From an uncultured Gammaproteobacteria bacterium (GTDB taxonomy: Bacteria > Pseudomonadota > Gammaproteobacteria > Ga0077536), in contig CAXBJY010000008.1 in NCBI GenBank assembly GCA_963976285.1, positions 14,414 through 78,413 on the forward strand: DNA of 64,000 nt, given 5' to 3'. The stretch's first letter is position 1. Each line of letters starts with the position of its first letter. Shown piece after piece: positions 1 through 9,250 of this stretch. Under the pieces are notes generated by a model. The model searched no databases and was not told the DNA's origin. It saw only the letters and a list, made by a program, of their open reading frames with translations. The translations under genes and the position numbers were made by a program.

Positions 1-877
1 AAGCCTTCGGGTCGAGGAACGCGTCGTTGATCCGCCGGTAGATCACATCCACGCGTTGCGGACCGTGGATCGTGCGCATGTAGACGCAGTCATCCTTGCC
101 CACCTCGAGATCCGACCCCTCGACGAGTTCCGTGCCCATGCGCTGGGCGAGATAGGAATGTTCGAAGTAGGCGGAATTGTAAATGCCCGGGGTCAGGACG
201 ACGATTTCCGGGTAATCCAGCGGACGCGGCGACAGGGACGCGAGCATGTCGAACAGCTGCGCCGGGTAGTCGTCGACCGGCGCGATCTCGTGCTTGCGGA
301 ACAGTTCCGGCCACACGCGTTTCGTCACGCTCCGGTTCTCGACCATGTAGGACACGCCGGACGGCACGCGCAGGTTGTCCTCGAGCACATAGATCGTGCC
401 GTCCTTGTCGCGCACGAGATCCGAGCCGCAGATATGCGCCCATACGCCGTAGCGCGGTTTCGCGCCGGCGAGTACCGGCAGGTAGTCTTTCGATCCCGCG
501 AGCACCTCGGCCGGGAATACCTTGTCCTTCACGATCTTCTGATCGTTGTAGATATCGTCGATGAAATGGTTCAGCGCGGTGACCCGCTGTTCGAGGCCCG
601 CCGCGATCCGCTGCCATTCGCTCGCCGCAAACACGCGCGGAATGATGTCGAGTGGCCACGCCCGGTCGATATTCTCGCCTTCGGAATACACAGTGAACGT
701 GATGCCCATTTCCGCAATCGCGAGTTCCGCGGCGCGCTGACGCCGCGACAGCTGTTCGTCCGACAGCGAGCGCAGGTATTTGACGAGGCCACGGGCTGCG
801 GCGCGGGCGTAGCCGGGTGACGAAATCAGCTCGTCGAAATTGCCCTGCAGGTCGTATTTTTTCCAGTCGATGCGCAT
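1..877 (-). CDS. circularly permuted ATP-grasp type 2 family protein (COG2308-like); 5' portion only, C-terminus lies beyond window start
   Basis: Own translation of minus strand from ATG (complement of 875-877): MRIDWKKYDLQGNFDELISSPGYARAAARGLVKYLRSLSDEQLSRRQRAAELAIAEMGITFTVYSEGENIDRAWPLDIIP...GVWAHICGSDLVRDKDGTIYVLEDNLRVPSGVSYMVENR... Not in ORF track because no in-window stop. Track ORFs 56..820(+) and 90..893(-) are other frames of this gene. Confidence 0.7.
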   Translation of the reverse strand, partial: MRIDWKKYDLQGNFDELISSPGYARAAARGLVKYLRSLSDEQLSRRQRAAELAIAEMGITFTVYSEGENIDRAWPLDIIPRVFAASEWQRIAAGLEQRVTALNHFIDDIYNDQKIVKDKVFPAEVLAGSKDYLPVLAGAKPRYGVWAHICGSDLVRDKDGTIYVLEDNLRVPSGVSYMVENRSVTKRVWPELFRKHEIAPVDDYPAQLFDMLASLSPRPLDYPEIVVLTPGIYNSAYFEHSYLAQRMGTELVEGSDLEVGKDDCVYMRTIHGPQRVDVIYRRINDAFLDPKA

Positions 878-1053
878 GCGATCGATTATACACACGCCCC
901 CGACCCCGCGCTCAGCGATCGCGAACGGCCCCGGCACCGTCTGGCACCACGATAGGGCTCGTGCGACTATGTAAAGCCGGAGCACAGGAAACACTATTGA
1001 ACGCAAGCGGGCAATCCGTCGCGAGCGAGCGACCATGGTGGGGAGAATTCGCG

Positions 1054-1767
1054 GTGCCCCCCGGGGACACGCTGAGCACGGAAATCAACGGCATGCGCGT
1101 GACAATCTCGCGGCGACCGGGAGAATGGCAGGTGGCAACCGTACGCGCGACGGATCAGGCGGACGACGCGGCCGAACCCCGGCGCTATGTCTTTGAACAC
1201 ACCGATGAGCGGGTTTACCTGCTGCCGCGCCTCGCCGATCGGCCCGTCATCATGCGCCCGCTGAACCCGTTGACGGTCGCCCCCGGCGCGCAAACGGAAA
1301 TCTATGTCTCCTCCCCGGTGCTCGTGCAGGTCGCGGTCGGGCCGGAACGCACCGTGCTCGAAGAACTGTTCAGCGTGCAACCGTCCGATACCTGGTTCGG
1401 TGAATCGACGATCGCGGGCGAGTTGTGCTACGCGAGCCGCACGCGCGCGCGCCTGCGCCCGGACGAACTGCCGCCGACGAACGACCGGGCAATGACCGCG
1501 GTCCGGATCTCGAACCGGGGCAGCGACCCGCTGCACATCGAACGCCTCGCGTTGCGCGCGCCGAATCTCGATTTGTTCGCGACCGCGGCCGGCACGCTGT
1601 GGACCGAGGACATCGCGCTCGATCGCGCCGGCGGCGATCGACTGACCCGTCTCACGCGTATCGAAGGCCCGCCGCGGCATGCCCACGGCGCGGAACTGCT
1701 CGGCACGGCGCGCGTGCCGATGGCACGCAATTTCGTTGTCCGCGCGTTCGGCGAAATGTTCACGTGA
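1054..1767 (+). CDS. conserved hypothetical protein (possibly DUF432-like); start uncertain (GTG 1054 with GGGAGA SD 8 nt upstream; alternative ATG 1093)
   Basis: In-frame part of track ORF 817..1767. N-terminal 79 aa of the track ORF is Arg/Pro-rich junk overlapping the divergent ATP-grasp gene. Coding-like composition from ...GMRVTISRRPGEWQVATVRATDQ onward. Confidence 0.5.
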   Translation: MPPGDTLSTEINGMRVTISRRPGEWQVATVRATDQADDAAEPRRYVFEHTDERVYLLPRLADRPVIMRPLNPLTVAPGAQTEIYVSSPVLVQVAVGPERTVLEELFSVQPSDTWFGESTIAGELCYASRTRARLRPDELPPTNDRAMTAVRISNRGSDPLHIERLALRAPNLDLFATAAGTLWTEDIALDRAGGDRLTRLTRIEGPPRHAHGAELLGTARVPMARNFVVRAFGEMFT

Positions 1768-1789
1768 ACGCGGTGCGCCGGAACGGCCG

Positions 1790-2635
1790 ATGAACGACTT
1801 ACTCGACACCCTGCAGACGCTGGCGACGAGCCCGCATGCGGTCGCGATCATCCGCGCCTGCGCGATGGCCGGCTTCGGCCTGCTGCTCGCCCGCCTCGGC
1901 AGCAAGGCACTCGAACGCATCTTCGTGACGCACCTCGACACCCACCGGGCGATGCTCGTGCGCCGCGGGGCTTATTTCACCATCCTTGCGCTGTTTCTCG
2001 TTTCCGCCCTGCACCAGCTCGGATTCAACTTCAGCGTGCTGCTCGGCGCCGCCGGCATCGTCTCGGTCGCGATCGGCTTCGCCTCGCAAACCTCGGCCTC
2101 GAACCTGATCAGCGGCCTGTTCCTGATCGGCGAACAACCGTTCCGTGTCGGCGACGTGATAAAGATCGGGGATACCACCGGGGAAGTACTGAGCATCGAT
2201 TTGCTCTCGGTGAAACTGCGCACGTTCGACAACCTGTTCGTACGGCTGCCGAACGAGCAGTTGATCAAGTCACAGGTGACGACCCTGACCCGGTTTCCGA
2301 TCCGGCGTTACGATTTGCAAATCGGGGTCGCCTACAAGGAAGACCTCGCGCGCGTAAGCGACGTGCTCATGGAGGTCGCCGATCGCAATCCCGCATGCCT
2401 CGAAGAGCCGAAACCGCTGTTCATTTTCCAGGGCTTCTCCGATTCCGCCCTCGGCATACAGTTTTCCGTCTGGGCCACACGCGCGAACTATCTCCTGTTG
2501 CGCAACACGATGTCCGAACAAATCAAGGCCGCGTTCGACGAGGCCGGGATCGAAATTCCGTTTCCGCACCGTTCGCTGTATGCCGGCAGTGCGACGGAAC
2601 CATTTCCGGTGCGCATAATCGATAGCAGCGACTGA
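1790..2635 (+). CDS. mscS: small-conductance mechanosensitive channel (MscS family)
   Basis: Met 38 of track ORF 1679..2635. MNDLLDTLQTLA...TM helices...GDVIKIGDTTGEVLSIDLLSVKLRTFDNLFVRLPNEQL..VTTLTRFPIRRYDLQIGVAY = MscS beta-domain signature. Confidence 0.85.
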   Translation: MNDLLDTLQTLATSPHAVAIIRACAMAGFGLLLARLGSKALERIFVTHLDTHRAMLVRRGAYFTILALFLVSALHQLGFNFSVLLGAAGIVSVAIGFASQTSASNLISGLFLIGEQPFRVGDVIKIGDTTGEVLSIDLLSVKLRTFDNLFVRLPNEQLIKSQVTTLTRFPIRRYDLQIGVAYKEDLARVSDVLMEVADRNPACLEEPKPLFIFQGFSDSALGIQFSVWATRANYLLLRNTMSEQIKAAFDEAGIEIPFPHRSLYAGSATEPFPVRIIDSSD

Positions 2636-2833
2636 CTCACGCGGCGCCGTGTCGGTTCACCGCGGCCCGCGCGGAACGCGGCGGTAACACCGCGGCGCGA
2701 ACCGGAACCGACGAAATTCCCGCTTGTTTTCATGCCCTCGCGCCGGCCACCGGGAGGCGTGGCCGCGGCGCGCGGAAATTTACCCGCGCCGGTTCAAACA
2801 AGCGTATAACAACGCTGACAGGAGGATACCGTC

Positions 2834-3664
2834 ATGGACAACGAAGGCGCGGGTCTCGACCCCTTGTTCGTCACTTTCGACCAGCTCATGACCATGCTCG
2901 TCGACTACCTGCCAACGCTTGCGTCGGCCGGCGCGATGCTCATGGCCGGGTTCGCGATCGCGTGGGTACTCAAGGTTTTCGTGCTGCGCCTGAGCGCCGC
3001 GATCTCCTCGCTGTTCTCACGCACTGCGGGCGCCGGGCAAACCCGTCACGTGCGCTTGCCGTGGCCGCTGTCGGTGATCGCCGCGAACCTGATTTTCGGC
3101 CTCACCGTGATCTTCTTCCTCGCCGTCAGCGCGCGCATCCTCGGGCTGGCCGGGGTTGCGGACTGGATCGAAGCGGCCGCGGCGTACCTGCCGATCCTGC
3201 TCGTTGCCGCCGCGATCGTGCTCGGCGGCTACATCGCCGCCTCGCTCGCCCGCGACAGTATTACGCGCTATAACGAGCGCGCGACGACGCTGGCGAATCT
3301 CGTGTTCGCGCTGATCAACGCGATAGCCGGGCTGGCCGCGCTGCGCCACCTCGGCATCGATCTCGTACTCGTTCGCGCCTTGGTGATCATCATTGCCGCG
3401 GCGGTCTTCGGTTCGATGGCATTTGCTTTCGCGACCGGCGCGAGCGGTTCGCTCGCGAATATCATCGCCGCCTACTACGTGCGTCGGGTGTACCGGCAGG
3501 GACAACGCGTACGTATCGCGGGGCTCGAAGGCGAAATCCTCGAAATCACCCCGACGGCCGTCGTCATCGACACACCGCTCGGTCGCGCGATGATACCGGC
3601 GACGAAATTCAACCAGGAATCCTCGATACTGCTCGGACGCGAGGAGGTCGACGATGCCGCGTGA
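2834..3664 (+). CDS. mechanosensitive ion channel family protein (MscS-like, 276 aa)
   Basis: Strong SD (GGAGGA) 7 nt upstream of ATG. Multi-TM N-terminus and C-terminal motif QGQRVRIAGLEGEILEITPTAVVIDTPLGRAMIPATKFNQES typical of the MscS-like beta domain. Confidence 0.75.
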   Translation: MDNEGAGLDPLFVTFDQLMTMLVDYLPTLASAGAMLMAGFAIAWVLKVFVLRLSAAISSLFSRTAGAGQTRHVRLPWPLSVIAANLIFGLTVIFFLAVSARILGLAGVADWIEAAAAYLPILLVAAAIVLGGYIAASLARDSITRYNERATTLANLVFALINAIAGLAALRHLGIDLVLVRALVIIIAAAVFGSMAFAFATGASGSLANIIAAYYVRRVYRQGQRVRIAGLEGEILEITPTAVVIDTPLGRAMIPATKFNQESSILLGREEVDDAA

Positions 3665-4481
3665 TACCGTAATCCACTACCTCAAACACCATCCGCGCGA
3701 TGCCCTGCGCGTACTCGAGGCCGCGCGGGCGGAAGAACTGCACGCGTTTATCGACTCGCTGGGTTCCGAGACGAAGGCGAACGTACTCGGCTACCTGCTG
3801 CCCCACACGGCTGCCGGCTATATCGCACGCGTCGGCGCGGACCGCGCCGCGGAAGTCGTGAGCCAGTTGCGCAGCGCGACGGCAGCGCGGGTGCTCGCCG
3901 CGGTCACGCAGGGCCTGCGGCGGGACATCCTCGAACAGCTACCGCTGGAAAAGCGCACGAACATCCGCCACTTGTTGCGCTACCCGGACGACAGCGTCGG
4001 CGCGCTCATGCTCACCTCGACGCTCGCCTGCCGCGTGGACGCGAACGTCAGGCGCGCGAAACAACTCGTGCGCCGGTTCTCGCAGGTCGAGCTGCCGATG
4101 ATGGTGGTCGTCGACGACGACATGCGGCCCGTCGGTCTCGTCTCGGTGAGCAATCTGCTGCGCGCCCGCGAACGCGACCCCATCGATACGCATATGCGTT
4201 TTGTCCCGGCGCGCCTGCGCGCCCATGCGGAAGTGCGCACCGTGCTCGCGCTGCCGGTATGGGACACCGAAGACTACGTGCCGGTGGTCGAAACCGACGA
4301 ACGCTATGTCGGCCTGCTGCCGAAGGCGAGCCTGCACGGACACGCACTCGCGACCCGCGGTACGACGGAGAACTCCGAGGATTTCGCCACGACGGTCCTC
4401 GACGTCGCTGATTTGTTCTGGCGCCCCGCGGCGGAAACCCTCGCACGTGCGGCATCGACGAACTCCGGAGAGCACAAATGA
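3654..4481 (+). CDS. soluble MgtE N-terminal domain + CBS-pair protein (no TM domain)
   Basis: 275-aa ORF with MgtE_N-like helical region followed by two CBS-like segments (…VGALMLTST…VVVDDDMRPVGLVSVSNLL / …VPVVETDERYVGLLPKASL). 11-nt overlap with upstream gene; ATGA overlap with downstream mgtE. Confidence 0.65.
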   Translation: MPRDTVIHYLKHHPRDALRVLEAARAEELHAFIDSLGSETKANVLGYLLPHTAAGYIARVGADRAAEVVSQLRSATAARVLAAVTQGLRRDILEQLPLEKRTNIRHLLRYPDDSVGALMLTSTLACRVDANVRRAKQLVRRFSQVELPMMVVVDDDMRPVGLVSVSNLLRARERDPIDTHMRFVPARLRAHAEVRTVLALPVWDTEDYVPVVETDERYVGLLPKASLHGHALATRGTTENSEDFATTVLDVADLFWRPAAETLARAASTNSGEHK

Positions 4482-5803
4482 GTACGCAAACCGGCGGCGC
4501 GCTCGATTCCGCGCTCGAACGCGACCTGTTCACCCGCCACCCGCTCGAAGCGGCGGGACTGCTCGAAAAAATGCCGGCCTCGGCGGTCGCCGCGATCTTC
4601 GCCGAGCACGATGCGCGAACACTCGCCCCGCTCGTCGAATCGCTGTCGCCGGCGATGCTGCCCCCGGTGTTCGTGAAGCTGCAGGAGGGGCTCGTCGCCG
4701 AGACGATCGATCGCATGGCCCCGGCGCGGGTTGCGGGCATCCTGCGGGTGCTCCCGGCCGAACTGCGCGAACGGCTGCGCCAGCGGCTCGATGCCCAGTT
4801 GAAAGCCGACGTCGATCTCGTCCTCAGCTGTCCGCCGGATACGGCCGGAGCGGTCATGGACCCGCGCGTGATCTTCCTCCGGCGCACGCAACGGGTTGCC
4901 GAGGCGCTCGCGCGCCTGCGCGAAGAGCGGCATCACCGCCGCTACGTGCGCTCGCAACGGATCCTGCTCGTCGTCGATGAATCCGCACGCCTCGAAGGCA
5001 TCGTCGCGATCCAGGATCTGGCGCTTGCCGATCCCGATGATCCGGTCGGCGACTACATGCAGGCGGCGCCGGCGTTCGCGCCGCTGACCGCGACCACGGA
5101 GGAAATGGTCGACCTGCTCACCCGCCACGCGCTGTCGAGCCTGCCGGTCGTCGACAACGAAGGCCACCTCGTCGGCGTCGTGCGCTATGAACAACTCGTC
5201 GCCGCGGCCCAGGAAAACGCGAGCGTCGACCTGCAGACGATGTTCGGTGCGAGCCGCGACGAGAAAGCGTTGTCGAAACCCGGCTTCGCGGTGAGAAAAC
5301 GTTTGCCGTGGCTGCAGATCAACCTCGTCACGGCGTTTCTTGCCGCGGCCGTCGTCGGCTTGTTCGAGGACACGATTGCCCGCTACACGGCGCTCGCGAT
5401 CCTGTTGCCGGTGGTCGCCGGCCAGTCCGGAAACACAGGCGCCCAGGCACTCGCGGTTGTGATCCGGGGCCTCGCCTTACGGGAAATTTCGAGCGCGCAC
5501 TGGCCGCGCGTCGTGCTGAAGGAGACGCTCGTCGCGGCCATGAACGGGGTTGCCGTGGCGATGTCGACGTCGCTCGCGGTGTATATCTGGAGCCGCTCGC
5601 TCGGCCTGACCGCGGTGATCGGTCTCGCGATGGTCATCTCGATGTCGATCGCCGGCACCGCGGGCGCCGGTATCCCGCTGTTGCTGAACAAGCTGGGGCA
5701 GGACCCGGCGCAGTCGTCATCGATCATCCTGACCACGGTGACCGACGTCGCGGGCTTCTTCAGCTTCCTCGGCATCGCGACCCTGTTCATTTCGATGTTG
5801 TAG
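4478..5803 (+). CDS. mgtE: magnesium transporter MgtE (N-domain, CBS pair, 5-TM pore domain)
   Basis: 441 aa. …LVVDESARLEGIVAIQDL…VVDNEGHLVGVVRYEQL (CBS pair) followed by LPVVAGQSGNTGAQALAVVIRGL and C-terminal TM helices, the canonical MgtE layout. Confidence 0.85.
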   Translation: MSTQTGGALDSALERDLFTRHPLEAAGLLEKMPASAVAAIFAEHDARTLAPLVESLSPAMLPPVFVKLQEGLVAETIDRMAPARVAGILRVLPAELRERLRQRLDAQLKADVDLVLSCPPDTAGAVMDPRVIFLRRTQRVAEALARLREERHHRRYVRSQRILLVVDESARLEGIVAIQDLALADPDDPVGDYMQAAPAFAPLTATTEEMVDLLTRHALSSLPVVDNEGHLVGVVRYEQLVAAAQENASVDLQTMFGASRDEKALSKPGFAVRKRLPWLQINLVTAFLAAAVVGLFEDTIARYTALAILLPVVAGQSGNTGAQALAVVIRGLALREISSAHWPRVVLKETLVAAMNGVAVAMSTSLAVYIWSRSLGLTAVIGLAMVISMSIAGTAGAGIPLLLNKLGQDPAQSSSIILTTVTDVAGFFSFLGIATLFISML

Positions 5804-5821
5804 GCGCCGCGGCCGCGCGGA

Positions 5822-7084
5822 TCAGCGCGCGCCGTCGACGCTGCTGCCGGGTTGCGACACGGCGTCCATGACCCGCAGTGCGCGGCGCATCGCGAATTCG
5901 GCCGCGGCCGGTGAGCGCACGACGCAGTACGTGCTCTGACCACGGATCCCGAGGCAGGTGTTCGTGGCATCACGTTGCGACAGATCCGTGATCCCGATTT
6001 GCCAGACAACGTCCCGCGCCCAGCGCGGTACGAGCATCGGCCGACCGCCGCGCAGCAGGCCACGGTGCTCGCGCATAAACTGCCGCGCGCGTGCGAGCGC
6101 CGCGCGGCGGGTCATGTCGACCCCGCCGAGCAGGATGCTCCAGCGCCGCACCCGGAAGTACTCGCGCCCGGGTTCGGGATTGATGCATTCCGTCGCGATC
6201 ATCCGCGCATTGAGCGCTTCGTCGCGCCCTTGAGCGAGCGGGTCGGGAAATGCGTCGAGCGTGTACGCGGGTGCGTAGTGACCCGCGAACCCGGCGTTCA
6301 TCAGACGCACCATGCGCGCATCGCGCGCGGCCGCGCCGGCTTCGCCGAGGACGACCCCGAGCAGATGCCGCCCGTTACGCGCGGCCGTCGCGACGAGGTT
6401 GAATCCGGCGCGACACGTAAACCCGGTCTTCACCCCGCTCGCCCCCGCATACGCGCGCACGAAGTTGTTGTGGGTCTCGATCCGCCGGCCGGCGTGCGTG
6501 AACGCCGTTGCCGCGAAGCGCGCGTACTCGCGCGGAAAGTCAGCGTGCAAGGCGCGGGTCAGCAGCGCGAGATCGCGGGCCGACGTCACCTGTCCGGGAT
6601 CCGGCAGCCCGCTCGCGTTCGTGTACCGGGTCGCGGTGAGCCCGAGCTTGCCGGCAACGGCGTTCATGCGGGCGACAAACGCCGGTTCCGTCCCGGCGAC
6701 CGTTTCGGCGATCGCCACCGCGACATCGTTGCCCGAGGTGACGATGAGGCCGCTCAGCGCGGCATCGAGCGTCAGGGTCGCGCCGGCTTTCAGACCGAGC
6801 CTGACCGGTGCCGCGGCGGCCGCGGCCGGGGAAATCGTCAGCGCATCGTCGCCGGCCAACTGCCCGTCACGCACGGCCGCGAACGCGACATACAGCGTCA
6901 TCAGTTTCGTCAGCGACGCCGGTCGCGCAGGCCGCAGCGCGCCGTCGGCGTGCAGTACCGCACCGCTGTCCATGTCCACGAGCAGACTCGCACGCGCCGC
7001 CGCGGCCGGATCCGATCCGAGCGCCGCGGCGGCGAAAACGATCAGGTGCACGGCACCGGATCGCAGGCAGGCAGTCAGGGACAT
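5822..7084 (-). CDS. D-alanyl-D-alanine carboxypeptidase (serine-type, PBP5/6-like S11) with C-terminal SPOR-like extension
   Basis: Track ORF 5822..7201 trimmed to Met 40 (MSLTACLRSGAVHLIVFAAAALG signal peptide). SLTKLMT (SxxK), SGN and KTG motifs present. C-terminal ~90 aa (…RRWSILLGGVDMTRRAALARARQF…WQIGITDL…) resembles a SPOR peptidoglycan-binding domain. Confidence 0.75.
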   Translation of the reverse strand: MSLTACLRSGAVHLIVFAAAALGSDPAAAARASLLVDMDSGAVLHADGALRPARPASLTKLMTLYVAFAAVRDGQLAGDDALTISPAAAAAAPVRLGLKAGATLTLDAALSGLIVTSGNDVAVAIAETVAGTEPAFVARMNAVAGKLGLTATRYTNASGLPDPGQVTSARDLALLTRALHADFPREYARFAATAFTHAGRRIETHNNFVRAYAGASGVKTGFTCRAGFNLVATAARNGRHLLGVVLGEAGAAARDARMVRLMNAGFAGHYAPAYTLDAFPDPLAQGRDEALNARMIATECINPEPGREYFRVRRWSILLGGVDMTRRAALARARQFMREHRGLLRGGRPMLVPRWARDVVWQIGITDLSQRDATNTCLGIRGQSTYCVVRSPAAAEFAMRRALRVMDAVSQPGSSVDGAR

Positions 7085-7447
7085 GATGAAACCGTTGCGT
7101 GGCTCTCGTGGTCGCAGCGTGCAGTATCCGGGCTTCCCGGCGCGACGCCAACTCGTCGTGCCCCGGCCTCGCGACAGTTCGCCAGCGCACGCGAAATTCA
7201 TGAAATAATGAACCGGCAGCGCGGCTTTGTTGTCACGCTAACAGTAGAAGCGGTCGCGAAACGCAATGCGGCGATGCCGGGAGCCGTTTTTCGGCAGTCC
7301 GGGGCATCCCGTGGCCACACGGCGTTTCGCGACCGCTTCCCGACGAAAAAAAGTAAACAAATTCGCCCGGCCGGCAACGGCGGGGCGCGCTGGTTCAGAA
7401 CGGGCGCTTGCGCATCGCCGCAGGCCCACCGAGGTAATGAATTAATC

Positions 7448-9250
7448 ATGTCCGACTGGAAGCGCGGCGCGCGGGTCGTGTTGATCGCGTTCGCCGTGCT
7501 GATCTTGCAGGGTTGCAGCCTGTTGCCGTGGTCCGCGGAAAAAAAAGCCGCCGCGGCCGCGGCGGAGGCCGCGCCGCAAATAAGCGCTGAAATTACCGGC
7601 ATCGACGGTGAGCTCGCGGCGAACGTACTCGCTCACCTGTCCGTTACGCACAAGCCGTGCACGATTTCCCGCGCTTATCTCTCGGTGTTCGAACAGCGCT
7701 CGCAGGACGAAGCGATCGAAGCGCTGCGGGCGCTCGGGTATTACGCGCCGGAAATCGACGTCAGCATGGAATCCGCGGACGCCTGCCCGCACGCACGGAT
7801 TCACGTCATTCCGGGGCCGCCGGTGCTGTTCGGCAAGATCAACATCGACATCCGCGGTGCCGCCGCCGGGGATCCGGATTTTCAGCAGCGCATCGAGGAC
7901 CTCGGACTCGAACCCGGGCAGCCACTGAACCACGAGAAGTACACCGGGGCGAAGCGACGCATCGAATCCGTCGCGCTCGAACTCGGGTATCTCGAGGGGA
8001 TCTTCGTGAAAAATCTGTTGCGGGTGAACCCGGAGCAGCGGATCGCGGATGTCACGCTCGCATTCGACAGCGGGCCACGCTACCGGATCGGTGACATCTC
8101 AATCGTGCAGGATCCCGATTTTCTCGACGAGGCGCTGATCCGCCGCTTCCTCGACAACGCGGCCGGCGAACCTTACAACGCCACGCGGGTTGCCGGATTC
8201 CACACGGCGTTAGCGCAAGGCGCGTATTTCAACCGCATCGACGTCCGTCCGAAACTGTCGGAAACGGTCGACGATACGATCCCCGTCGTCGTGACGCTGA
8301 CCCCGAAAGACCGCCACAAGTTTACGACCGGGGTCGGGGCCTCCACCGACGAAGGGATCCGCGGCCGGGCGTCGTACAAGAACCGGCGGGTCAACCGTTA
8401 TGGCCACCAGTTTGATGTCGCCGCGAATGCGTCGCTGATCGAGCAACGGTTTTCCGTCGGTTACAGCCTGCCGCGCGAACACCCGGTCGATGAATGGTTG
8501 ACGCTGCAGACCGGGGTCAGGCGCACGGACGTCGACACGTTCGATGCGATCGAGGCGCAGGTCGTATTGTCGGAAACGAAACGCCGTCCCCGGGGCTGGA
8601 TGGAAACCCGTTTTCTCGAATGGAACCGGTCGGATTTTGATGTCTCGTCGACGAACGATGCGACGGTTTTTCTCGCTCCGGGAGCTAAATGGCGCAAGAG
8701 CGCATCCAACCACGATCTGTTCCCGACCCGCGGTTACAGCATTGAATTCGAGGTGAAGGGCGCTGCCGACGCGCTGTTTTCAACCACGAGTTTCGCGCGC
8801 TCGAAGCTGCGCCTGTCGTCGGTCCTCGGACTCACGGAGCGCAGCCGCCTGCTGCTGCGCGGTCGCTTCGGCGCGTTGTGGGTTGACGAATTCGATCAAC
8901 TGCCGCCCTCGGAACGCTTCTTTGCCGGTGGTGACAACAGTATTCGTGGCTACGATATCGATTCGCTCGGTCCGGTCGACTCGAGCGGCGACGTCATCGG
9001 CGGCACCCAACTCGCCATCATCAGCGCCGAGGTCGACTATTACTTCACGGAGCGCTGGGGCATGGCCGCGTTCGTCGACTCCGGTAACGCGTTCGGTGGC
9101 GACGGCAGTGCCACGGGACTGCAGACCGGGATTGGCCTCGGCGTGCGCTGGCGTTCACCGATCGGTTCGATTCGGGTGGACATCGCGCACCCGCTCGACG
9201 ATACGTCGAACGACTTCCGCCTGCACCTGCGGATCGGACCGGATCTGTGA
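7448..9250 (+). CDS. tamA: translocation and assembly module outer-membrane protein TamA (Omp85 family)
   Basis: In-frame ATG within track ORF 5975..9250, downstream of the antisense overlap with the carboxypeptidase gene. MSDWKRGARVVLIAFAVLILQGC (signal/lipobox), POTRA-like repeats, and C-terminal beta-barrel ending …GSIRVDIAHPLDDTSNDFRLHLRIGPDL. Confidence 0.8.
   Translation: MSDWKRGARVVLIAFAVLILQGCSLLPWSAEKKAAAAAAEAAPQISAEITGIDGELAANVLAHLSVTHKPCTISRAYLSVFEQRSQDEAIEALRALGYYAPEIDVSMESADACPHARIHVIPGPPVLFGKINIDIRGAAAGDPDFQQRIEDLGLEPGQPLNHEKYTGAKRRIESVALELGYLEGIFVKNLLRVNPEQRIADVTLAFDSGPRYRIGDISIVQDPDFLDEALIRRFLDNAAGEPYNATRVAGFHTALAQGAYFNRIDVRPKLSETVDDTIPVVVTLTPKDRHKFTTGVGASTDEGIRGRASYKNRRVNRYGHQFDVAANASLIEQRFSVGYSLPREHPVDEWLTLQTGVRRTDVDTFDAIEAQVVLSETKRRPRGWMETRFLEWNRSDFDVSSTNDATVFLAPGAKWRKSASNHDLFPTRGYSIEFEVKGAADALFSTTSFARSKLRLSSVLGLTERSRLLLRGRFGALWVDEFDQLPPSERFFAGGDNSIRGYDIDSLGPVDSSGDVIGGTQLAIISAEVDYYFTERWGMAAFVDSGNAFGGDGSATGLQTGIGLGVRWRSPIGSIRVDIAHPLDDTSNDFRLHLRIGPDL

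Noticed and set aside
5975-7447. N-terminal 490 aa of the 1091-aa track ORF 5975..9250
   Set aside because: This part is antisense to the D-Ala-D-Ala carboxypeptidase gene and is Arg-rich junk. The real gene (tamA) begins at the in-frame ATG at 7448, with a signal/lipobox sequence.
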